Source: Dipteris shenzhenensis (taxonomy: Eukaryota). From it: 64,000 nt of DNA. The position numbers were made by a program, and so were the translations under genes. A model generated the notes under the pieces. That model worked only from the letters and a program-made list of their open reading frames with translations, did no database searches and was not told the DNA's origin. The stretch is taken from the NCBI GenBank assembly GCA_047967505.1, contig CM106538.1, one strand, 5' to 3'. Every line of letters begins with the position of its first letter. Within the stretch, counting starts at the first letter, position 1. Below, piece after piece: positions 14,101 to 25,050 of this stretch.

Positions 14101-14429
14101 TCTTGAGCTCTTGGTTTGATGTAGAGGAAGGACATTCCCATTAAAGGGGTTTGATGGAATGTAATGCTCAATCCTAATTCGATTCCCTAGAATCATCATC
14201 TTGGGGGAAGGCCTACTTCATGATGTTGATCTTGAGGGAAGGTGTTGAGAGATTAGCTCAACATCATGTGATCATATGTGCATAGCACTAACACATATAG
14301 AGTACTATGAAGGAAAGGATTAGATGCCCTAACCCTAACCCTAAATGGGTTTGTATATTTTCTACATTGTCTAGTACAACTTGAAGTACATTGTCTGAAC
14401 CCACATTCTCAATTACCTCACCTAATACA
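11165..14429 (+). mobile_element. 5'-truncated, decayed Ty1/Copia element (PR end-INT-RT-RNase H) with probable 3' LTR 14243-14429
   Basis: VKDVLYV..LSKNLL; TFIDDY..YWVYFLKEKSEVF; DRGGEY; KLDAKSRK; KWVYKVKYNPDGSIERYKARLV; LKQAPRSW; VDDL; RTKHIDVREHF. PPT-like TTGAGGGAAGG precedes TG at 14243. Many stops and frameshifts. Confidence 0.9.
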
Positions 14430-15170
14430 GATGCAATGAAGCGAACTATTTTCTTCTTCCTTGTGCAATCAATTGATTTAAAGAATCCCTCACCTCATGG
14501 AGTAGCATCCATAAAATTCAATAAAAGACAATGAGCAACATTTTTTCAACCATCACAAACGGCATTTTAAACCCTAGACAAACTTTAGCAACCGTAGCAA
14601 ATGTTCTCTTCCAATGTAGTCTATTTACGATGCTTAAAGAAAATCTTGCTCGGCATATTGCATCCATAACTTCCTCTTTTTCTTGCTCGATCAACTGACC
14701 TTTAAATGACTTCTCAATTGATGGTTGTTGATACACATGCCCTCTATGTGAGCAACTAGTTCTTTGAAGTTCTAGTGTAGCCATGAGGTTATTGAAGGAT
14801 GGATCTTTAGTTTCATGAGTAGAAAAAATGGATGGACCCTACCTCCTTGAAATTGTAAATACCTCCTCATTCTATTGACTTTGTGACATTGAAGGAATGT
14901 TGGATGGATTAGCATGTTGCATTATCTCCAATTGTAAGGAAGGCCATTCCCTAGTAAGAGAAACAATGGCTGATTGGACATTAGGACCATCATATTTTCT
15001 AATGTTTCCACTCTTTCAACCAAGGAGGTGTGCTTGCATCCTAGTCCCCGAGCCATGAAATAAACCCTGACAAAAGTTGCACTTCCATTTGGTTGATAAC
15101 ATAGTGACATATCTTCTACTATTATCACTTTTAAGTCCTCATGTCTGAGGAGCCATGATATCTTCCTAAT
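14430..15170 (-). pseudogene. hAT-superfamily transposase fragment (BED-like N-terminus plus DUF659-type region)
   Basis: Minus strand reads DAI.R...VN..HW...F..VA....GFKMP, then NFMDATP*GEGFFKSIDCTRKKK, matching the NFLV.SP.G..FLKS.D pattern. It is cut off at the Copia LTR end. Confidence 0.65.
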
Positions 15171-15269
15171 AGCAAGCTATAATACATAGCAAGAATACCA
15201 TAATTAGCCATTCATTCAATCATTTCATTCATGAAACTATAAGAAGAATGACTTGAAACAACATTTCTA

Positions 15270-16357
15270 TGGATGATCATAGCTTCATCATGATGCCTCA
15301 CAATTCAAGCGATTGTAGCTTCCCACTAATGCCCATAACTCAAAGATCATCCTACTCAAATAACTCCGAAAATAAAGTATTTTAAGAGTTTTTTGAATTC
15401 TACATATAAGTCAGGATTGCAGATTAGCCCTAATGCCCAACAACTCCTAGATCAATGTTGAACCAAAAGTGTTGAACCAAAAGTCAAGAATGAAGGCCAA
15501 ATTATAATCCCTATGGAATGATTGTAGCAAGTAGAAGGATTGCATCTTTACCCTGATGCCCCACAACTCCGAGCTTACTGATAAGCTTGGAAGTCAAACA
15601 TAAAGGCCAAGCCATAATCACAAAGAAAGTGCAATATGTAAGACAAAGATAGCTTGCTTGAAGTGATTGCAACTTGGCTCTAATGCCCTATAACCCCTAG
15701 CTCATTGATAAGCTAGAAGTCAAGCATAAAAGCCAAGCCTATATTGTACTAAGAAGTGAAAATAAAAAAATAAAAAGTCAAAAAGTGACAAGCTCCACTC
15801 AACAATGATCTAGTTGACTCGATACTCACTTAAATAAAGTAATTCAAGAGCTTGTTATATTCCACGTGTAAGGGTGGTGTAGAGATACACCATTTGTCTA
15901 GAATGATCAAGTTCAAATAAGTTGCTTAATTTCAAGGAATTGTAGCTTTTGCCTTGATGTCCCACAACTCATAGCTCAATTCTGAGCCAAATAAAGGCTA
16001 AGCTATAATCCCCATGGAAATATTGTGGAAGTAGAAGGATTACAACTTTGACCTGATGCTCCACAACTCCAAGCTTATTAATATGCTAGAAGTCAAGCAT
16101 AAACACCAAGCCACGATAGAGAAAGATGTGATTTATAAGACAGAGATATTTTAACTAACTTGCAATGCCTAACTTTTCCTTGATGCCCTTCAACCCCTAG
16201 CTCATCGATGTGCTAGAAGCCGAGCATAAAAGCTAAGACATTACCTCCATGGAATGATTACAACACACAAGACAAAGATATTTTAATACTTGAAGGGATT
16301 ACAACTTCATCCTAGTGCCCCACAACTCATAGCTTGCTACTGAGCAAAGAGGTAGGC
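15270..16357. repeat. Degenerate tandem array, left half (~105-125-bp units)
   Basis: Recurring core GATTGCAACTTTACCCT(G/A)ATGCCCCACAACTCCTAGCTCATTGATAAGCTAGAAGTCAAGCATAAAGGCCAAGCCATAATCC. Confidence 0.9.
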
Positions 16358-18032
16358 TATTAACATCCACAGAGTACGGTCACCAAATGCAGGGTAATAA
16401 ATGAGTAAAGGTGATCAAGCTGAATGATCTACTTCAATGGACAAGCTCAAGGGAGTTTGATACCCAAATACACCAAGATCAGTGATTACAAGCAATGTGC
16501 AAACAGAAGGAGTATAGCTCAAACTCAGGGAGTTTGATCCCCAAATACCCAAAGTCCGCTCCAAACCAAGGATTCAAGGCACAAGTGGTATGTTCCAACT
16601 ACTGCCACCTGAAACAAGGAGATGCACACTTTTGTGCCACATCCAAGAAGCATGAGGAGTGCAAGCGCCTTGCACTTTTCAGCTCCACATCCACAGAAAT
16701 AGCCATGCCAATAGCCATGAAAGGAGTATAGCTCAAACTCATGGAGATTGTTCCCCAAATATCATCTCGAGATAGGGTTACCATTGAGTGTCTTGCGGAA
16801 GCTGAGCCTCGCCACTCCAAGTTTAAGTCTCATGCATCATGCATGACCACAAACAGGTGAAGGTGTGAGGGCACTCAGGGAGTTTGAGCCTCAAAACACC
16901 CAAGCCTAAGAGGCACGAGGCAAACACAAGCACTATTTGGGAACTGGTTAGGTGTCCCAATTGCTTTAATATGGTTAGGACAAGCACTATTTTTGCTAGT
17001 AGGGAGAGATGGTAGAATAGCAATATGCCTTGGCACCCTATGGGCCCAAGAGCCCTTGGTTGTAAAGTGAGGGAGAGTGCTAAAAAGGAAAAGGGTTGGC
17101 CCTCCCTTCAAAAGGTGACATGTATAAAAGACCAAATGGTTGACTTTGGTCTTCATTGTTGTTTGCACGAAGTTGAATACAAGCTCCCTCTTCTCTTCCA
17201 AGAGAGTGTTTTGGGTGTTCTCTTATTTCTTCATAGTGCCTTTGTGGTTTCACTCTATCCCCCTTCACTCCCTTCTCCTTCTTCCCCTCCTCCTCCCCTC
17301 CTTCTCCCTCTCCCCTCCCCTCTTCCTCTTCCCCCTTTCTCACGTGAAACCACATTGCAACAATCTGGAGGCCGCTTGCGTAACACTTGCAGATGACTCG
17401 TGTTATGCATTGCTCCCACAAGGAGTAGCTAGGAGTGGAGACTCCATCGGCATATCTTCAGCTACCCCATGACACATGAGTCACCACTGAGACCCACCAC
17501 ATTTTTGGCACTCTTGTTGGGGATAAAAGGTATTCTTTTTTATTTGCACTTATTTTCCTTCGATACATTCCCATTGTACAAGTCTTCAACCTTACCTTGG
17601 AGCTTATTAGTGGAGTTGTAGGAGAGAAGAGAGGTGGAAAGTGAGAGAGAGGACGAAAATCTATTTTTTTTGTGGGAATGCCATTTGTGAGCATGGGAAG
17701 CTTGTCTTTGATTCTTTTTGGTGTTTCAAGTTGATAGGAACTTAGTAGGCTTGATTGCTAAGTGTGTAGGAGGTCTAATCACCCCAAAAAACAACAGAAG
17801 TAAGGATTTTTGTCAAGTTTTGAAGTAGTTTTATGTTTTAGAACTCCCCTTTTCTGAGTTTTTGTACTTTGGATTTCAAAAAGTGTTTGTTTCCAAGTTT
17901 TTTTTCATTGAGTAGGTAGATTAGGTATGTAGCATCCCCCCATCATAAAAATCATAAACAAAAACTGGAAAATCATTAGGAATCATCAAATCTTAGTCGA
18001 CAAAATTGTGTATGACTATCCTGTCGGACTGT

Positions 18033-20680
18033 ATGGCCTAGAAATACATGGACATGAAAGGGGTACTTGCCGCAATGGTGTAGCATACAATCACCATGAT
18101 GGATGATGTCAGGCCAGTATGGCAACGCCCCTACCCTATGAACCCTAAATACACACTCATAGTGAGGGAAGAAATCTAAAAACTCATAGATGCAGGATTC
18201 ATCTATGAGATCGAGCATACAGACTGGGTATCACCCATTGTGATAGTCATGAAGAAAAATGGAAAAATTAGAGTATGTGTGGATTTCAAGAAGGTTAATG
18301 CTACCATGAGGTGTGACCATGACCCCCTGCCATTCACAAAACATGTTCTAGAAAGGGTAGCCGAAAAGGAAGCGTATAGATTCCTAGATGGATTTTCAGG
18401 TTACAACCAAGTGTCGATTGCCCCCCAAGATCAACACAAAACCGCCTTCGCAACCGAATGGGGTGTATATGCATTTGGGTGATGATATTCGGATTAACCA
18501 ATGCTCCTGCTACCTTCCAACGTATGATGATTATGGTATTCAAGGAATATCTGAGGGACTTTATGAAAGTATTCTTGGATGATATCTATGTGAACTCGAA
18601 ATGGGATGACCACCTGAAGTATCTCAGGCTCGTGCCGCTTATACTGCCTATCCCTCAACCCCCTTAAGTGCTAGTTTTGGGTTAAAGATGGTGTCATCCT
18701 GGGCCACATAGTGTCCCAGAATGGAATCTCGATGGACCACAATAAAATCAAACTCATCTTGGAGTTACCGCCCCCCAGCAATGCCAAGGGAGTCCAATGA
18801 TTTATGGCCATATGGGCTATTAGTGGAGATTTATCTTGTTCTATGCGAGCATAGCCTGCCCATTATACAAACTACTAGTATCCTTTGAGTGGACCGAAGA
18901 ATGCCAAGCATCCTTCGAAACCCTCAACTTAGCTGTAGCCACTGCACCAGTGTTGACGTCACCCGATTGGAATTTAATATTCCACGTCCACATTGATGCC
19001 TCTAACTTTGCCATTGGATGTGTGTTAGCCTAACCTGGGAAGCATAATTTGGATTACCCGGTAGACTTTGCCAGCCGTTAAGTAAATAAGGTCAAGGTTA
19101 ACTACACTACCACTGAGAGAGGGAGTCTCGCCATGGTCTATGTAGTAAAGAGGTTCAGGCACTACTTGTTAGCTAACAAGTTTGTCTTCTTCATGGACTA
19201 TCAAGCATTGCTATACTTGATCAACAAAACCTGCATGATAGGATGCATCACTAGATGGATGCTGATCCTACTAGAATTAGACTTCACAATCACTGTACAT
19301 AAGGGCAAAAACCACGTTCTAGCCAACCACCTATCAAGGATCCCGAATGCGGTGAGTCTCTGACAGGAGTAGATGATGATCTCCCGACGCTTCCCTCTTC
19401 TTCCTTGACATCATTCCCGAATGGGTTGCCAAAATCGGCCACTAGTTGGCCAACAGACCACCCCTAGGCCAGGGCCTCAAGTAATTAGAGCCCATAAACT
19501 CATTAAGGATGCCGCACCCTATCAGTTGATGATTGCAGGCCAACTATACCGCATGGGCAAGGATGGTATACTGCAAAGATGCATGTGTGAACACGAATAC
19601 ATGGAGGTGCTTGAAGAAGCCCACTCAAGAATCGCAAGAGATCATTTTACGCTAATGTTACAGCACGTAAAGTGCTGCAAGTTGGTCTCTGGTGGCCAAC
19701 ACTCTTCAGAGACATGACCAAATTCATCAAATGATGTGACCCCTGCCAACGTATCCAAATCCCGCATAGGGTAGACATGATGCCCCTGACCAGAATCTTA
19801 GTCGACCAACACTTCAAAAAATGGGGCATTGATTTCATTAATCCCATAAGCCCAATAGCCAAGGGGATCGTGGCACGATACATCATCCTGGCCACCGACT
19901 ACTTCACTAAGTGGGTAGAAGGAAGAGCCATGGCAAAGGCTGATGCAAGAACCACTGCCAAATTCTTATATGAACAAGTCATTACGCAGTTTGGATGCCC
20001 GTTGGAGTTAGGCAGTGATCGAGAAACTCACTTCCTCAACAAAACCATAGCAATCCTGACAAGCAAATTTATGATCATTCATAGAAAGTCAATGCCATAC
20101 TACCCTAGAGCAAATGGCTTGGCCAAGAGCTCCAACAAGACATGATGTAAGATCATCACCTATACAGTAGAAGCTAGTCGTACCGACTGGGAGCATAAGC
20201 TCATAGTAACGTTATGGGCCTACAAGACCTCCTACAAAGTGGCAACACATAGTACCCCCTTTAAGTTAACCTTTGGGGTAGAGGCAGTAATGCCAATGGA
20301 GTATGTAGTGCCTAGCCTCCGTTTTGCCCGCAAAAGAAAGACTCACAGAAAATGCGTTAGTTGAATGGCTAGTCGACTTCGAAAAGTTAGAAGAGACAAG
20401 GTTGCGTGCAACCTACTCTCTTCGAGTAGAAAAGGTCCGATGTAAGAAGTGGTTCAACCGCAACCTCAAGAACAAGGACCTAATGGAAGGAGACTTGGCA
20501 CTCCTATACAGTGTCCGCAATATCAAACGTAAGCTTAAGTATTGAGGTATGGGTCCTTACCGTGCAGTTGAGATCACTCCTTAGGGGTTGTGCCGAATAG
20601 CCACCCTTGATGGAATAGAAATGGATGGCTACCTAAGTAGGAGCAAACTAAAAAGATACTATGGACCACTCACTCTCTCC
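18033..20680 (+). pseudogene. pol: Gypsy pol: RT-RNase H-integrase, disrupted
   Basis: KIRVCVDFKKVN; FLDGFSGYNQ; FGLTNAPATFQR; FLDD; HIDASNFAIGCVL; KWGIDFI; ATDYFTKWVE; YYPRANG; SKLKRYYG. Confidence 0.95.
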
Positions 20681-20865
20681 ACCCTTCAAGCCATGCATAG
20701 AGAAAAAGAACTCAAGGCAGAGGTGGCTAGGATGAAGTGCTAGGCCATCGAGGAAGCCAGAATTCGTAATGCTAAGATCCGACAATGTAGACAAATGACC
20801 CTGCTTAAGGCAACAGTTGAATAGATGCAACTAACGGATGAGCTAACAATAGAGCAAGCAGGTTG

Positions 20866-21164
20866 CTTGTTCAGCTACAGGTACTGCGCATGCGCATCAA
20901 AGCACTCGTGGATCCAGGAGTGAGCCACAACTTCATCTCTTGAGAGGTATGGGAAAAGCTACAGGTACCCCTAACCCTCACTATTGCCTCAATAAGAGCT
21001 ATAAAGGCCAACTTCTACAAACTTTGGGTTATGTAAATCTAAGTCTAATGGTTGTTCACCAAGCCGTGGATATACGCTTTTATGTTCTCCCTACAGAGGC
21101 CTCCAAAGAACAGATTATTCTAGGGAGAACTTGGTGCTATGCCATGAACTATCAAATCGACTAG
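20866..21164 (+). pseudogene. Retropepsin-like aspartic protease domain located 3' of integrase
   Basis: LVQLQVLRMRIKALVDPGVSHNFIS*EVWEKL...(frameshift)TLGYVNL...FYVL...QIILGRTW. Both the ALxDxGxSHNFIS and ILGRxW motifs are present. Confidence 0.75.
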
Positions 21165-22897
21165 CACACCTGAACTGCTTTGCTTACCAATGGTGGCCAA
21201 ATGGCAATAGTCCCATTGTGCAGACCACCCGCCCCTTCGGCTCCGACCTCATCGACCCATGACAATGAAGCAATGTGGCAACGCCAACCAAAAGCCCCAA
21301 CCACCACTAGGACCCCACTTAAGGGGCCAGCTCAAAGTGAGAAGCAAGCCTGCCATAGTGGTAAACCAATGCCATTGCCCGCTCGACCGACACCACCATC
21401 CTCTGCCCAAGAATGCAAGTACAAGATGCTATCCTCTATGCCCAACGTCACTTTGATCGTGACTGATACCTAGAGAACAGTAAAGCAGCAACAGCATCTC
21501 CAGTCGCTGCCCCAAAAAAGCTTCCTTCAAACCCATCTACTCCTCGGAGAAAGCCGCGCCTAGCGCTCCCGCCTCATCCATTGCCACACACCCCCAACAC
21601 TTCGAGCAACACCCCCCGCCTAGGTGGCCAAGGCAAGAAAGTCACCTGGGTCCAGAAATCAGTAGTGCAAACCTTGAAGGCATCGAAGCACCACAAGAAC
21701 CTGTCTTCCCGAGATACAGCATCACAATAACCTGCCAATGAACCAAACATAGTAGGCTAGCCTCAAGGTACCGAATACGCATTGGTGCCACAGGCAATAG
21801 TCTGACTTAACATAAGTATTGCCACAACCATAGGAGCTCTACAAGAACCGAATTCCACCCCATGAAGAGTCACACAAGAACCTCCCCTTGGGGACAAACA
21901 CTCAAAGGTAATGGCACCATCCTACTCATGAATGCAAGGGTCATCAGTCTCGAGGATCGCTTTCCCCAAGAGGATGAACCCATCAACAACAATGAAGTTT
22001 GGCACAAAAGTGCCCCTGGCATCCAAGGTAAGGAAAAAGCTCGACTCAGTGTGTACATGGCTCCTTACTCACTATGCCATAGTATAGCATCCGCCTCCAC
22101 CGCATGCATCATAATCATTGCATCCAAGTCTAGGTGAGTCAGTATGGTAGGCATCTCACCCGATGCACCCGCAGCCCACTAGTCCCTATCGAACACACCA
22201 TGCATGCACACACGGTTAGCACCAGGTGATTAGAGTCCATTCTTGCATTTTTACAAGAGTTCATTCTCTTGCATGCTGACCTCACCCTCATGTGGCATTG
22301 CACAAGCGCACTCTACTCCGTCACCCTTTTTCCCCCACCCCACTCCTTCCTTCCTTTTCTCCCTCTTACACAGTCACTACCCTGCCGACCGTAGCCAAAC
22401 TAGTACGCTTCCGACCATTCACCAAACAAGTTTAGCGTTGGCCACTGCCATCAAAGTACAATGTCGACCGTCATCGAAAAGTACGATGTCGATTGATCCC
22501 GATATCCTATTAGTCGATGCCGAAGCCAAACACCACCACTCGTTTCCATCCCAAATCGCACTGCCCCATCGCCATTCAAGTACCACATCGATTGCAACCT
22601 TGGCCACATCTCGTCTACTGTCATCATCAAAGTTCAGTGCCAACCGTTGCCATACAGTTTCAGCATCGATCATCACCATACCACTATCCTATCGGTCAGG
22701 TAATAGGAAATCTATAAAAGTAGGCCTACCCTGTCGAGTCGTCGCTATAGTTGTTGCCCTAAAACTCTGTCAAAATTTACCCAAAAATCTGACAGTTTCC
22801 TGTCCCCTTCCACTACAATCCAAACAGCAAGTTTATGTCCTCCCGCTCTTCCTCATCTACTAATTCCCTCGTCACTCAACCTCCACTCCTGTTTGTG

Positions 22898-25050
22898 ATG
22901 GATTCCGAACACAACTTCTTCGACTTCGAAGCTGACCTAAGCCTCCACCCTTGCCCTAACTTAGAGGCCATTGGCCCATCAGATTCCCAAAGCACCCCCT
23001 TTGGCACAATTTGCATGCCGATCGAGATACCCGTGGAAGACCTATAGGACGAAGAAACTTCCACCAGGCATGCCACTCAAGAAGAGCCAGCTACAACAGG
23101 AATGTCTCCCTTGAAGACATGAAAGTGCACCTTGGTGCCAACCGCAGGTGAGTACAAGATCGTGCAATCACAAGCACACTTGCCACTTGGAGAAGCATGG
23201 CTCCAAGAGCTAGACGCTTGCGTGATACACTTGTGCTTGGCCTATGAGGGCCACGACTACACCCTCCACTACCACACAACAATAACATATGCTGCTCTCT
23301 AGGAATCGGTAGTTGTGGAGGCACTCCATTTTGCAGGCTTGGGCAGGATAACCACCCGTCTCCCATGCCATACCTGGACATGACTCTACTGGTGGAATTC
23401 CATAAGACATACGATAGCAACACCAATATTGGTGTCTTGCATGATGCAACAGGAAATCCCCACCACTACCAGATCAATCAGAATGTGGTGTGGGTAGCGT
23501 TCAACTTGCTAGTGGTCAAGGAGAAATACTCCAAGTAGAAAAAGCAGCTCGGCACCCTCAAGACGTAGTCTGTCACTACGATCGCCACAAGTGCAGGGGC
23601 TGCATCCAATTCACTGCCATCCATAAGCCCAAAGTAGAGCGACTAGCAAGAGCCTTGCAATGGCTCATTCAAGTGAAGCACACAGACCATCATCAGTCTG
23701 TTGTGCCCAATATCTTGCTGAGAATGGAGAGCTTCCAAGAGATGAATTGGGCTGACTACTATTGCAGCCAAATGCGAGATGATTTTAGCACCCATGGGGA
23801 CGTCATCGGTAATCGCATGTTGTACATGCCGATCCTCTATTACTTGAAAAGTCAACATTTGCCAGTTGGCTTCGACCTTGCCAAAAAATTAGCCACCGGT
23901 CCTGTATAGACCAAGTAAGAAGAGATAGAAACAAGGCCCAAGAGAGCAAGGACAACACCAAGTGTCACTCCAGTCACTCAAGTGTAACCGAAAACAAGTC
24001 AGCTGTGCTTGGCTGATATGAGGACCGCCATTTGCACAAATTCATGCAACGACAACTACACCTACAACGGCTAGGTCTTCAAGATAAGGGCAAATAGGTG
24101 CAAGGAGGGCCTATTCTCATTGAAGACCTCTAGGGTGATGACACCATCGAAATTGGCCTCCATACAAGAGCTAAAATTATGCTGACAACCCCCGCTATGT
24201 CCTTTATCTCAGTCTCCACTAGTCCTCAAGAGACAACATCCTTTGCTACTGACACCTCTTCCACGCCATGGGCAGGCCTAGCGGAGGCCATACAATTTTG
24301 CAGCGTGCCCCAATATAGGGCAACGGGAGGCTATAGCCACATGACGGTAGAGCAGTTGTCACATGCAGATGTGATGGAGATGAATCTCTTTGAAGCCATG
24401 GCACAACTACCCCAAGTCACTTGCATGATCTTACAGAGGAGGCAAGAGTAAGCCTCAAAACTCTCCTCCAATCTCATCCCCAAGCCTAGCTCTCTGCGCA
24501 TGAAAGCCAGTCGACAATGGTCACAGCTCAGGCAACAGGCCATGCCGCACTACATCGAGCCAAAGAATACCGGGCCGAGGTGGAAGAGCTCGAGCTAGAG
24601 CTTGAGCTCATGCTCTTACGAAGGTCAAGGATGACCTTGCCACCAATGGTCCAAATGCTCATAGACCAAGTGGACAAGGTAGAGTCAACCCTACACAGAA
24701 TGCTAGAGAAGCAGGCATAGGTAGAGCAATGGTACGCCCGCTTGCAAGAGTCCCACAACCAATAGATTTGCTCCTTACAAGATATCATGGCACAAGAGAG
24801 AAACCTAACAGTCTCCCTCCAAGAAGCAATAGAAATCCAGTGTGCCATTGGCCAATCTGAGGAGTTGGGTTGGGAAGACCATGAGTAGCAGCACTTCAGG
24901 ATGTACAGGGAGGTGTTTGCACAATTAGCCACATGCACACTTGCACCATGCACCATTGCCCAAACCTTGCAAATGCACTTTGATGCACTCTACGCATAAA
25001 ACCTCGTCTTCCACATAGACCTCACTACTCCACTTGCTCCTAACGCCCTC
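22898..25050 (+). pseudogene. Additional 3' ORF of the Athila-like element, function unknown, disrupted
   Basis: Chain of sense ORF fragments (22835-23047, 23490-23909 with MNWADY, 24179-24451, 24517-24720 coiled-coil-like) between pol and the 3' LTR. Confidence 0.55.

Noticed and set aside
15550-15600. Hammerhead ribozyme in the tandem units
   Set aside because: Reads CTGATGC…GAAG, not the required CUGANGA…GAAA core with three stems.
16495-17472. ORFs repeated at 26734-27794, and 29773-30663 repeated at 41180-42070
   Set aside because: They lie inside LTRs; the duplication reflects LTR identity, not gene paralogy.
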